The notes below the pieces were generated by a model. It did no database searches. It was not told the DNA's origin and saw only the letters and a program-made list of their open reading frames with translations. A DNA stretch of 63,739 nt, the filler included, from Sluysia triapertura (lineage: Eukaryota), in NCBI GenBank assembly GCA_046118255.1. It is 5 parts of 5 records of this genome, joined end to end, with 100 filler letters (N's around TTAATTAATTAA, not from the genome) between each part and the next. Parts side by side here need not be neighbours in the genome. Positions count along the whole stretch, not along the records: positions 13,417 to 24,885 come from JBJNIA010184424.1; positions 24,986 to 41,602 come from JBJNIA010199820.1; 3 more parts are not named here. One strand, given 5' to 3'. Positions within the stretch are counted from its first letter, which is position 1. Each line of letters begins with the position of its first letter. Both the position numbers and the translations under genes were made by a program. Shown here piece after piece: positions 13,317 through 26,435 of the stretch.

Positions 13317-13416
13317 NNNNNNNNNNNNNNNNNNNNNNNNNNNNNNNNNNNNNNNNNNNNTTAATTAATTAANNNNNNNNNNNNNNNNNNNNNNNNNNNN
13401 NNNNNNNNNNNNNNNN
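13317..13416. other. Artificial contig spacer
   Basis: N44 + TTAATTAATTAA (stops in all six frames) + N44. Confidence 0.98.
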
Positions 13417-13608
13417 AGTTTAATAGTTCGTTTAATAGTTTGTGTATGCGTGTATCGTTTTTAAGTGATGAGTTGTGATGAACTATATGAGATAAGTTAT
13501 AGTGACTATTGTGTAATGAATTATGACGAATACCATATGACGAGTTCCATACAATAACCAAAATAGAATTTTATTCAGAAAACAAGTAAATGAATACAAG
13601 ATTGATTG

Positions 13609-13699
13609 GGTACATTTAACGAGTGAGACTCGTTATCTATAACTTTGGTTATTCATATCGATGACGAACATCACTCGTCAAATGTACCGAAAGGGTTAA
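13609..13699. mobile_element. MITE remnant with piggyBac-like end (AAGGG-TTAA)
   Basis: Inverted repeat GGTACATTTAACGAGTGA (13609-13626) / TCACTCGTCAAATGTACC (13671-13688), one mismatch, then GAAAGGGTTAA. Confidence 0.55.
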
Positions 13700-13762
13700 G
13701 AAAATAATAATAAATTTTAATTTATATGTATTGACAATTTTTATTGATTTTATTTAATTTAG

Positions 13763-14031
13763 ACGAATACTTGATTTTTTGTAATGCATCCAAAACGCAA
13801 AAGGTTTTATACAAACAATTTCTACAATTTCGCGAACATTTCTATAATACAATACTTTATGAAAGCAAAGATGAATCATTAACATCCATTACATCAACAA
13901 TTGGATTGATATGCGTGCTATTGATGCGGAAATTAAGTTTTCATCCGTATCTATATTTAGAGCATGTATATTCAGACCGTTATTGTAATGTGTCAAGTTC
14001 AGAAATGTCTATTGAACAATGTTTTATAACT
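13763..14031 (+). CDS. RAD54B: RAD54B-like helicase, first exon present on this contig (N-terminal ATPase lobe missing)
   Basis: Acceptor tttag at 13762, donor gttagt at 14032 (weaker alternative gtatat at 13966). EYLIFCNASKTQKVLYKQFL...LMRKLSFHPYL matches the SNF2 linker ExxxFCxxxxxQxxLY...LKKLCNHP. Confidence 0.8.
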
Positions 14032-14399
14032 GTTAGTGTTGATTAAGTATTTGATGTATTTTAGCCATTCACTTCATGAAGTTACATAAATGTTTGATGG
14101 TTTTCATAAATTTAAATGAATCATAATCTTTGAGAAGCCAAATTAATAGCTTCATTCTGTAACACGTCGCAAATGAATCGGAAAACCCAACAAAAGATGT
14201 TTTTGATAGACATGTTCGGAAAAGTACAATTTTTCTGAAAGTTATCACTTATAATATATTACTAAGAAATGTTTAATAATAATGTAATTTATACTTTGAT
14301 TTTGATTATTATTCCTAAATAATGGCCATTAAGTATCGCACAATAAATCAAATTAAATGTTTCTTGTGTAAACTACGGGGAACAGAAGGATTTAACAAA

Positions 14400-14765
14400 T
14401 TTCAAATTAAAATAGTTTATAAGATTATTAATTGTACATAAAGAATTTGTTTCCACAATTATAATTCAAAAGAAATGAGTCTTTGATGTATTTGATGGAA
14501 TGAGAACAAATATACGACACTCTATATCTGTTGCGATAGTCCCGTGAGTCTATTGAAATTGCATCACATTTTTTTCATGCTCAATAGTATTTAATGCTAT
14601 GTGAATTAAAGGCCTCATAGTTCTTTACATATTCCTTAATATTATTGGCCACATGCAATAAACTTATCAAATCATTCAAATTTGTGGCACCAATGTGAAT
14701 TCACATGTTGCATATCAGGAATGTATATTTTATCGTCAAATCCGAAGATTCCATCTTCTGTAACT
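14400..14765 (-). mobile_element. Decayed Gypsy-type integrase trace inside a RAD54B intron
   Basis: Minus-strand peptides EDGIFGFDDKIYIP, HIGATNL, NIKEYVKN and AISID occur in the order of the integrase zinc-binding region and start of the core. Confidence 0.35.
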
Positions 14766-15489
14766 ATCGAATTTTAAGAATAATTGTTTTAATCTATTAC
14801 CTGAATACCTTATTAAGCATCTTGATAAAACATTTAGATATAAAATGAGATAAACTCTAAAAATAACTTAAATACGTTGTAATAAATGATGACTGAATGC
14901 AAAATGCTGTTATAAATCGAATTGTATGAATTCGTTTTAGTCAGATCTTTGGTTAAGAAAATCCTAATATTAAGCAAAATAAATTTTAATTAATTCTCTA
15001 CACAAATAAAAACTTTCTCATATTTAGAATGATGTAATTAGAATGAATCGAATATGAGATGATTGGAATGAATGAAAATAATTTAGAAAAATACTTGAAA
15101 TTTTTATGAAGTGGTTTGTTTGAGAATAAGAAACGTTTTGTATTAGAAAATTTGCTTTCAATAAATGAATATTAATTAAATTCTAAAAACTAAAATTAAA
15201 ATCATTATTTTTAAATATACTGTTAATAACAGTAGTTATTTTAATTTGAAAAGTAGAAGAAAATAATAATGAATAATAAATCAAATTTTCGAGTTTTGTA
15301 CTTAATGATGTCTTATAAATAGTACCATGCAATTATCAGAGCTGTGTATGTCGACTCGATCGATTCTCAAAATAATTTGTGTAAGAAATGTTCAAATGTT
15401 CAAGAGTGAATGAACGATGAGAAAATATAAATAGTAGTTATGAAAAATTTAAAGTAACAATTAGGATGAAGTTAAGATGATAAAATATG

Positions 15490-15567
15490 TTATGCATTTG
15501 ACGGACAAAGCGGCTATAAGAATTACCTTAAAATCTCATAAGCGTTCAATGTCCGTTAACATGTTAA
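15490..15567. mobile_element. Short TTAA-type MITE of a GCGGCTATAG family (related pieces at about 21872-21920 and 52195-52280)
   Basis: TTGACGGACA (15498-15507) / TGTCCGTTAA (15550-15559) inverted repeat; internal gaca(a/g)gcggctata...cttaaaat is shared with 21875. Confidence 0.45.
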
Positions 15568-17961
15568 TATTTTATTCTGGTTATTAAATTATGTTCTGTT
15601 TTAAAGTATGTTTTCATTTATAATACTAATATTTTGATCTTTAAATTGTTAGAGGTACGACTCTTTGATATTATATATTATTAAATAATAGTTTAATTTG
15701 AAAATTGACTTTTGGTTAATCATGTAATTTGTTAGTCATTACATTTCTTAATTTGATTAAGCATTTCTGATTGAAATAATAATAAATAAGAATTATTTCT
15801 GATTTTGATTTTTATTATAGAGTTAATAAGTTAATGACTAAATATAATTTAGGCTAAAAACCTAACAATATTACTATTACTCGAATATTATGAACATTTA
15901 ACTTTAAAATACAGTGGGTAATTTTTTGTCAATCAAATCGATTTATAATTAGTTACTAAATTGTGAAGGTTGGTTCTGAAATTGTCTCTGACGGTAAAAG
16001 TATAAGTTTGGAATCCCTTTACTCAAAAAATTACACTTGATGGATTAAGCTTATTTTGATGATAAAAGATAAAATATATATAAGCAAACTTAAAAGGACC
16101 ATGAGCTATAGCTACAATCTTATTAATCTTTGTTTTAATTTAATTTAAATTAAATTTTAACTCAGTTGTGTGTATGTGATCACGAAATTTTGACCCAAAA
16201 TCGAATATGAAGTATATTAATGTAAATTATGAATAATAACCGGATATAATATAAATTGAGTTGTGTGGTAGATGAATTCATCCTATAATTCACAAAACAT
16301 AACAAAATATCTAATTTTAATTTCAAATCACAATTTAATTCATCAAATTCATTTTGTAATTACGCGTTCTTATATCAAGTATTTCTTTGTACATTTTGTA
16401 CATTATGAAACTATCTAATTCATAATTTCATAATTTTGGTTTCAGAACATTAAATTAAAACATTCATTTTAAACAATAACATGATACAAATCATCCTCTG
16501 GCTTAAACATTTCATATTATCTTATATCTTAAAATATCATAACTTTATAACTTATAACTAAATTAAGCACGCAAAACTCTAGATATCAAATCATTATTAT
16601 AAAGAAGCTTGCTGTATCATTAAATACATAATAATAATAAGACAAATTTACCCTTTAAGGACAGCAGACTTATAGATACGTTTTTAAATTTTCGGCAATG
16701 GCAACATTATCAAGCAATCAAGATTTTGGATATAGTGAAGAAACATTGCCTACAGAGAATCGGAAAACAAGTTTTAAGTTTATTGCCTGAAAAAATAGCA
16801 GCCCTCAAAATACAAAAAATTAAATCAAATCTCAACGTATTGGCTTCATTAGCTGCCAATTCATATTTCATTAAACAACTGGTAAATTTGTTTACAATTT
16901 TATTTTTCGTAGTTAGAAAACATTTTTCTGGATTACAATACAATTTGATTACAATTGGTAAAGATTGTAATAATACGAATATTATTTATTTTGCAGACGT
17001 AATTATTAAATGTACTCTACAAAATTCAAAAAAATTAGAAGATAAATGTAATATTCACGGAAATTAAATATTTTGGGTCACAGAATCTATTAATTTATAT
17101 TTTCTAACAAGCCGGATATTTATAGAAAAATGTCGAAAAAGATTGTATGGTTTCAATATTGAATGTAGTGGAGAGATTCAAAAATGATATTTTTATTTTA
17201 AATTATCGAATATATTTAAAATGCCGAATTTGACAATGAGAAATTGACATTAGACATTTATTTTGAATTTTAATAATAATGAATTCCTAGCCGATTATCT
17301 ATCTTAGAATTTCTTTTGATTCTAATAAATTCAAAATTCGTTGGATTTAAGCTTATTGTTAATTTTAATTTGAATTAATCTGAAATTTGCTTAGTTTCTT
17401 GCTAGTTTGTTTTCATTAAGTTATTTTCAATGATTGATTTTGTCTGACAATAATAAGTATTGCTACATTAATGTTGTTTCTTAAAGTCTAAATTTTCTTT
17501 AAAATGTTACTAAAAATTTCATGATCACCTACAAAGAATCCTAAGCCAATGAGTTAGTGTCCGTTTAGTAACAAGAAAATGTGAAAATTGCATTTCTCCT
17601 GAGTATGATTATATGGTTGATCTATAAAGGCGAGGTTTAGTTATGGTGTTTAAGTCACTGTTACCTTTGATATTTTTTCCGTAACTGTTCACTGACGAAA
17701 ATAAATGAGTTTGAAATTTCACCCATGATTATAAATACAGGAATTGAATATAAAAGAAATTTAGAAAGGACCCTCATAAGTATGCCAATTAAATATGTCC
17801 ATTGTTATTGGACACTGGATCAATTCATCCGATACATGATGAACCATAAAGGGTAAAACCTGATTTTTGTTTAAAAATTGTTAATTTTTTAAATTAACTT
17901 TGATTTAATTTTAATTAATTATGTGTATTATATATATAATATAATTAGTAACATATTTTAG

Positions 17962-18198
17962 GAATTGAAAGATTTCATAGACAATGCCATCAGCAAAGAA
18001 AATGAAAATTCAAAAATAGCTTTCTCTATTAATTTTTGTCTTCAAAATGAATTACAAAATGGTGTGAATAATGAATCGAAGTTTTATTTTATAGAATTAT
18101 CTTCTAAATTGTTGATATTATGGAACATGTTTACAAATAATAGCAAAAGAAATATTTATCAAGAACAATTTTCTGTTATTGCATCTCATTTTAAACAA
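17962..18198 (+). CDS. RAD54B: RAD54B-like helicase exon
   Basis: Acceptor ttttag at 17961, donor gtttgt at 18199, phase 0 at both ends. SSKLLILWNM...VIASHFKQ corresponds to SGKLxVL...VVLVSNYTQ (motif IV). Confidence 0.85.
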
Positions 18199-18329
18199 GT
18201 TTGTTGTTTTATGAATATGGTTATTAAATAAGTAATAAATTAAAATTATAATAAATAGTTTTATATAAATGGAAAAATTTATTTTGATTACAATTATGCA
18301 TATTATTATGAGAAAGATATTGACATGTG

Positions 18330-18390
18330 TAACTTATAAATAACTTATAAATAACTTATAAATAACTTATAAATAACTTATATAACTTAT
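18330..18390. repeat. 11-bp tandem repeat (TAACTTATAAA), about 5.5 units
   Basis: Read directly. Confidence 0.9.
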
Positions 18391-19077
18391 ATATATCTTA
18401 TCTTTAGCTTCTTTAATAATGATTCATAATTTTTACTTGATATTCCTTGTAAGATATTACATATCTGGGTATCTAAATTGACTTTATAATTAACTTACTT
18501 AATATTTACGTGATCTTATTTTTTACAAGTGTATAATATATTAATACTTTTTGTTAATTTATTGTTTTGAATTCTTAAAATAATATTAATTTATGTAGCG
18601 CTAATATCTACTGCAAAATAAGTACTCATAAGAGCTTAGAATGATTCATTCATTGTAGTATTTCTGAAACAGAAAGCACTTAAATATTTCATAATCTTTA
18701 GTAATTTTTGAAACACTACATAATTTATTACTTATCTTATAATGTATTCTTATCTTATTACTTATTCACTTTGTTCTCGACATTTAAATATTCAAGACTT
18801 ACATAATTCAAGCTTTTATAGAATACTTTCATAGTTTTGAATTCTATCATTACTCTTGTTGGTTACTGTTGTAATTATTTCAGATAAGGTGTTACATGAA
18901 ATCTCCATTTTACTTGGAAAATGTATTCTTGCTGAGTTATTTAATAATAATTGTAAATTTGATACTTTTCTTTTTGGAATTATTAATTATTGACAATATT
19001 AACAAATATATTCAATAAAATTTTATGAATTTTGTGATAGAAAACTCGTAATACACTATTGTTATATGTTATTTTAG

Positions 19078-19554
19078 AGTTTGAACTTAATTGAGAAAAT
19101 GATCAAATCTATGAATACTAACAATCAATTTTGTGTTTATCGAATTGATGGTACTACCTCCATGCAAGATCGTCAAAAGATTGTAACATTGTTTTCTAAC
19201 AATTCATTATCAGCTTCGTACTTGAATAATTCGAAGCATCATATTCTGCTTTTGGGATGTCGAGCTGGTGGAGAAGGAATTAGTTTAGTACGAGCTAATC
19301 GACTAATTTTATTGGAACCAGACTGGAATCCAATATCGGATATTCAAACTATTGGTAGGATTTGGAGAAACGGCCAGAATAATAATGTATCTGTTTATCG
19401 ACTAGTACAAGCTAATAGTATTGATGAAAATATTATACAAAGACAAAGTAGTAAGCAGAGTCAATACTTGGACAATCTAGAGAGCGATTTCACTAAATCT
19501 GAAGACGGATATATTAATTATGATTTCAATGATTTTACAAACACTGATTTAAAG
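19078..19554 (+). CDS. RAD54B: RAD54B-like helicase exon, Helicase_C domain
   Basis: RIDGTT, LLGCRAGGEGISL (motif V), EPDWNP, QTIGRIWRNGQ (motif VI), VYRL...SIDENIIQRQ. Acceptor at 19077, donor gttgta at 19555. Confidence 0.92.
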
Positions 19555-22236
19555 GTTGTAAGAATTATTCAATATAATACTATATACGTAAAATAGCAAT
19601 TCACTAGTTATACATTAAAATTAAAATATAATTTTTTTGCTATTTCAATTTCAAATGTATTAGTTTATGATTGTGTATATATATATTAGATTACCCTCGT
19701 GAGCTGATATAGCTCGAACATAAGGTTTTGAGTCACTTATCGCGGTCATGCTTTTTTTGTTAACATAATAATAGTCAAATGATTTCTTCGTTCGTATTTA
19801 TATATGCATTTTTTGGTCCCTCTGCCTATTAAAACATTTTGGTATATTGTTACTTTCAATTGAGTCATTTTCGTATGCAGTGACCCCAGCCAACTTGATA
19901 AAGCAATTCCAATTTTAACAAAATCGTCATCATTGGTATTAAAAAGGGCATAGATCTAAGTACATCGTAAAATAAATATACCAAGTATATTAAAATAAAA
20001 AACCAAGAATATTCAAGTCCTATAGAATGTATTTTTTGAAAGACAGTTACTTTCACATTTGCGACACGAGTTATGATACAATCAATTGCATTCGAAGTTA
20101 TTCGAAGATTTTACATCTCGAAATAATATTTTACATAAATGTAATAAACATAAAGGCGGAGTTTATTCAAAACTTTGGTATTTATTGGATAGAAGTTATT
20201 ATGCTTTATTATTACTTTATTTATATTAAACTATATTATATTTTTCAGCAGATTGTATTCTATTTATTTTAGGATAGTATATTATAAAATAAATCCAAAA
20301 ACTCTAATATAAAACAAAATTCTACAATATGTAAACCAATCATAACATCCTAAACCTCAAAACCAATCACAACGAATTATAATGGACTATTAAAAGCACT
20401 TCCATTTAATGATACTAAATCCAAGTTTAAGATGATTATTAAAAATACGTATCCCACAGTGGATCACTCAAAACTATATTTTCATTTTTTTGAAATGATA
20501 TTTCGTTTGTTTTGAATTAATTTTTTTAAATATATTTATAATATAATTTTTAAATTTAGTTCGAATTAATTATTGTTTAATTAATATGAACATTTTTGTA
20601 ATAATTCAATCACTACAAGTAAGAAATTCCTAGACATTAATTAACCCTCCGTGGATAGTCATGTTACGATAAGGAATCATTTGTAAAGAACACATTGAAA
20701 AAATTAAAACCAAACCCACAGAAAAGAAGTTATTATAAGTTATGATGTTGAGATAATTAATTGTATTGCATAACTATCATTTGTGGAAACAATAAGTTTA
20801 AGGAAGAGTCAAATATTGTCACAGTTGCAGGCACGCTTAATTCATGTACTGCAACCGAACACTTCCAAATTTTATTTTGCTGACAGTTAGGTTTAAGAGA
20901 AACACCAAAATTGATAAAAGTCCTAATAGATTAATGAATTAACCAAATTTGTAATTACACATTTGTAACTCAAGAAATAATTTTTAAATTAATTTTAAAA
21001 AATGTTTATAATAGTTTATAAACATATTTCAGCTTATATAATGGTGTGATGGAAATTAATATTTAAAATTTAGATTAAAAATGCAAATTAATTTTGATTA
21101 TTAATATTTGCGGTTATGATTAAAAAAAACTTTATTACGATTTCATGAAAAACCGCAAAGTTTTGAAATAAATCCTCCTCGCTAAGTGAAATTTTGAAAT
21201 ATGAAATATGATTAAAAGAAATTGCATAATCAAACAAAAAAGAATATAAATGCATCAGAAATGTCATAAGATAAAGCAGTCAAGTATGATAAGGTTTCCA
21301 AGTATTCATATTAAAATAAAAGTTTTTAGAAAAAATTCTCAATTTTTTTAAAATAAAATATGAGGCCTATTCAATTAAATCATGGTTTTAGAAAAGATTT
21401 GATTTTAGAAATGTAATTTTTGCAGACGAATGCAGATTGGATTCAATATTGGTCTGGATATTTCATAGATCAGATAATTAAGGTCAATCTAAAATTAATG
21501 GAGGTCCTGATATGATATTTGGATTAATGACAAACTTATTGCTCATAAAATAAATTAATAAATGAAATGATATGAGAAAGATATGTATCCTTAAAGATCA
21601 TATATGATCATTATTTTAAGAAATGTCTTTTAACATGATAAAAATATTTCGCATAATTATAAGAAAGTAAAGTAATGTTTTAGCAAAAACAAAAGTGCAG
21701 CCTATATTTATCTACAATGAAGAAAACTTGGAAAATTTGAAAAATGTAGTATTTAAAAATCTTTATTTTAATAATCGAAAAGAACTTTAATAAAAGATAT
21801 ATTAGGATGTTATTGAATTCAACAACACAAAATTCAGAATAATTAAAGATGACATATCGATATCATCGCAATGGGTGACAAGGCGGCTATAGCAGTCATC
21901 TTAAAATTTGATATGCGTGCTATTATTAGTTTGACAATTGTAAAAAAATATATACGTAATAACAAAATATATTCATAATTTAGCATTTTTCTTTAAATTA
22001 TAATTTTTCACAAATACTATTAACAAATTAAAATAGAAGGGTATTAATAATTAACAATACTTAACATGATAAAATTTAACTTTAACATTTTTACGTACTA
22101 AAAGCAACTTAAAAATAGATATAATTAATTGTAAAAATCTTGTTTATTCTGTCCAAGATTATCTTTATTTTGATTTTGTTTACTTTTTAAAATAAAAATG
22201 TATATCATAAAGACTTAATTTTTTATTTTAATTTAG

Positions 22237-22440
22237 CATATATTCTGTTTACACGATGATCAGGTAGAACAATACGGATGTTGGACGCATAAATTAGTTC
22301 ACGATATTAATGGAGATTATATTGAACCTTGTAATGAATTTGATTGTCAGCCAAGTAATCCAAATAATGCGAGTGAATCTGATGAAGATCATAATTGCCA
22401 ATTAGGATCTCTGCCCAGAAAGAATAAATGCAATAAGAAA
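22237..22440 (+). CDS. RAD54B: RAD54B-like helicase, C-terminal-region exon (3' boundary uncertain)
   Basis: Spliced FTNTDLK|HIFCLHDD...CWTHKLV...CQLG parallels RAD54B FSVEELKNLFTLHE...CVTHDLL...DCQLG. Acceptor atttag at 22236. Confidence 0.75.
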
Positions 22441-22899
22441 GCGTGTTTGTTAATTTTTTGTAATAATTATGCCATGGTTATTTATAATTTTAACATGGTT
22501 ATTTTGTTTAGTTTTATCACAAATATAACATAATAAACCTAAACTCGTAACATGTAACAAAATTCCCAATCTAGATCACATTCCTAGATTAATTGGTGGT
22601 CCTTTATACATTCTGTATCTTACAACCTCCACAATCAATTAATTCATAACGCTATTCATCAAACCTTTTTATATACATTGCTTAAACTTAAGAATAATAC
22701 TATAAATATAGAATTTGTCAATAAAAATAAAACTCATGAAAATTTTGTAAGTTCCACTGTTGAGTGTGATATATTGGCTGTAGAAAATCTAAATACAACC
22801 TTAAGTTAGTTAAATCTGTAAATTCAAGAGAAGTAGTTCCGATTAAGCAACAGAATTAAAAATGATGAAATATTAAATAACAAATCAGAGAAAAACTAA

Positions 22900-23560
22900 T
22901 TTTTAAGAGGAAATTTTGGCGATTGAGAGATAAGCGAAATTATTGTAATTTCGAAAAGTGAGTTTCCAAAAGATGTAAAAGTTAAAGAAATTATTGATAA
23001 TCATATAGATAGTTTAGGAATTTATTGGAACGCGATTTCTATATTACGCTCATCTAAACGAAACAGATCTACTAAACACAATGTAAGTTACCTCACTGTA
23101 TCTAGCTTCTTATTGATAAATTTATAAAACCGATCTTTGCATTGTTATCGACAACAAAACGTGGTGAAAAAAAGTGATTCTTACTTTACATCCTAAAATT
23201 TCTCCAGATTAATATATAATCGTAATAATTTTATTTTATATTTATAAATTTTACAACTCCTATATTAAAAAAGGTTGATGTCTTTAAATAAATATTAAGT
23301 AGAGAGTTTACTATCTTTAATTAAAAAAGACCTCTTAAAATAATCGAACTAATGAATAAATTTAAAAGATGTGATTAATACAAAATGTAAGCACTTAATG
23401 TGATAAAATCCTTTTGTGATGAAGCAAACAATCGACTGGAGTCCAAATGAAAAAACCACTGGAATAGTGTTCAAAATTATATTAAAAAAATTTTTTGTTT
23501 CAAGTGTGTTTTCATGTGAAAATATCTCAGCCTTATATAGCTGATTGAATGTCCTTGATT
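22900..23560 (+). mobile_element. Decayed BEL/Pao LTR retrotransposon trace
   Basis: Peptides FWRLR, SLGIYWN, TKHNVS and KSFCDEA follow the order of Pao motifs FWxLE, LGxxWN, TKRxxLS and HGFCDAS. Confidence 0.3.
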
Positions 23561-24885
23561 AATTTAAAGAATTATATTATGGAGAATTAATTATATTTCA
23601 AAGAATTATAAATAATTAATTATATTTTAAAGAATTATTTTTATATTTCAAGGAATTATTTTATTTATATCATTTATTACAATAATAATAATGCCATAAT
23701 TATTGATTTTATAACATATTTATTTTTAGATTTTAAATTTTAAAACAATTTGGTTACGTATTGTGAAAACATACATTTGCATATTGTGAATTATTTTTAG
23801 ATACATACATTTGACATAATGACAGGTTTCAGAAATTTTTCCTTTATTAACTTTTTAAACTATATTAACTCTATTAACTCTTTTTCAGATTTTATGCATC
23901 TCATTATAATTTTTTAAAATTCTAGGGTGATAATCATCTGGTAATTTAATTCAATACACAGTACGTTCCAAAAAAAATTTTTACAAGTATTTCACTTAGC
24001 AACAAAAAAACAAACATCAAAAATTAAAAATTTTTTCAAATAAATTCATAATAAAAAGTATTTAATTTTTAATATTTATAAATTTGAATTTGAAGATTTA
24101 ACATTGAGTTTATTAATTTTTAATTTGAGTTTATTAATATTTGACTTATCTCACAATTCGTTAAGTGGTTATTATAATAAACTAATCAGTCATTATCATA
24201 ATTTTATAAAAATTGACTAATAAAAGATTTCAATTTCTGTTTTTAAATTGGTCATTAAATAATTTTCAAAGAATAATTTTTGGATATGTATTTTAGTTAT
24301 AAATATTCGAAAACTTAACAATTTATTTTATTTTGGATAATTAATAAAATACAATTCAAAATCAATATTTATTATTGTAGAAAAAATGTTCTTTCTAGCA
24401 AAAAGAAAAAAACTTCTTCCAGGAAAATAAAATTTAATTTCCATTAATTTGGTTCTTATGATCATTTTCAATTTCACCATTTTCATCACTTTCATCTATT
24501 TCACTATCTGTTTCATCACCTGAAACTTCAGCATGCATGTCTTCTAATTTTTACATTCCTTTTTGTAAAGTTTGATTTTCGTCTATTAAGATTTAAAAAT
24601 AGAATGCATATTACCTCTTGTGTAAGCTTAAAGCTTCCACCTTTTAAAATAATCAAATTTGTCGAATAGGTATAATTGTACAAAGAAAAATTATTTCGGT
24701 CAAAATGATTATCACATACTTTCAAATAGTGTATAAATTATCCGACTACATTATAATATCAAATTGACATACTAAAATTATGATATTATATAAAATAAAA
24801 ACAATCGTTTATAAACTTTTTGTAAACCAAACTGTTATTTTTTGTTTATCACAGTTTTCATGGCTTATTCTCTGATTTAGTTTTT

Positions 24886-24985
24886 NNNNNNNNNNNNNNN
24901 NNNNNNNNNNNNNNNNNNNNNNNNNNNNNTTAATTAATTAANNNNNNNNNNNNNNNNNNNNNNNNNNNNNNNNNNNNNNNNNNNN
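24886..24985. other. Artificial contig spacer
   Basis: N44 + TTAATTAATTAA + N44. Confidence 0.98.
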
Positions 24986-25829
24986 AATTATGAAATGTTA
25001 AATTTTTAATACTTAGAGTGATGCAAATAAGATGAATGGAATATGAGATGATTGCTATGAAAGAGGAGATTATATAAGTGAGTTCCAAATGATTGTAAAA
25101 TGTATAAAGGAAAATAACAATAGGCGTAATGTATATTATACAAATTATTGATCATACAAATTTTATTTATAAAAATTTATTATACTTTTAATTATAATAT
25201 CAATATTAAGTTTATAAGAACCACTTAAGAAATATTGTCTTAGTGGTTGAAATAATTTAATAGTTTAATTAAACAAGCCTTATTAAGGTCTTGTACAAAT
25301 AAAAATGATTTTACCTTGATTTTGATCTTTCCTTATAAGATAAAGATTAAACTTGTCAACAACAAATTACTTTTATCATGGAGTTTTTGATGTCGTAGTA
25401 ATTGATCTCCTCTCGAAGTTGTACTCCAATCTGGCAAAAATTGAATTGGAAAATTTCTGTACGTGATTATTTATATATTATATTATAATATATTATATTA
25501 TATTATAATAAATAATATATATTATATATTATATTTATATATTATATTATTTATATTATATTTCCATCGCCATTTGTACCCCATTAAAATTTTTATTTCA
25601 TTAAAACAAATGATTTTTAATAGCCAATGAAATTAACATAAAAAATTTCTGTATTTATTAAATTGTTTTTGTTTTTAATTTTTTAAAATGTTTTTTAAAT
25701 TTTTATATTTAAACTTATTTTTGTTAATTTATTATAATATCTATAATATTTATATAATTAAATAATCAAATAAAATAATATAGTCAAATAAATAACAATA
25801 AACAAAACATTATTTACAAAAATATCTCT

Positions 25830-26435
25830 TACACTCTCATCTACTGCAATTGAAAAATATTGTTGCAGACGTTAATTAAACAACTCTTAACATCTGATGA
25901 CATTCCTTCAGTGCGTCTTGTGACAGTCCTACCAGATAGACTTATAAAAGAAATAATGACTTTTCTGGGCAATCAATATCTACTACTGTCATTAAACATT
26001 ATTTTAAAAATTCACCATCCGTAAACGGTGTCATCTTCAGCGATAAGTCTTGACACTTCATAGCTTGCACAGGCATTAGGTTCACATTCACTTCTTTTCT
26101 TCGTAAAAAATGATTTCTGCTTTTTAAACTTTGATTTAAAGCTGATTAACTTCATCTCTCTTTGATTCTCCAGTACTTTTTTTAAATTTTCAAAATTGTG
26201 GTTCAACTAATGGCGCCTGATATTTATCACTTTGTTTACATCAACCTTTTTGTTCGATAGAAATATTCGAATTTTTGAATTCATGAGTTAATTTAAATAT
26301 TGAATTTTAATGAATATTAAAACAATTTTTGCTTATTAAATTGTTTATCGTTATTTAACATGTGGTATGGGCCAGTCAAATATCTTCATAAGATTGTCAA
26401 AATCCCTTTTCGGGCCGTAGGTTGTGAAAGATGTA
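25830..26435 (-). mobile_element. hAT Buster/SPIN (GTF2IRD2-like) transposon 5' remnant
   Basis: Minus strand: NIRRH, ASYEVSRLIA, PFTDGEFLK*CL...DCPEK, ISLSGRTVTRR, FSIAVDES; terminal CAACCTACGGCCCG motif near 26411-26425. Confidence 0.85.

Noticed and set aside
13361-13372. TTAATTAATTAA as a biological motif, and ORFs crossing N runs
   Set aside because: Synthetic linker.
23720-23945. Further RAD54B 3' mini-exons
   Set aside because: Several ag/gt signals but no frame giving the expected terminal motif.
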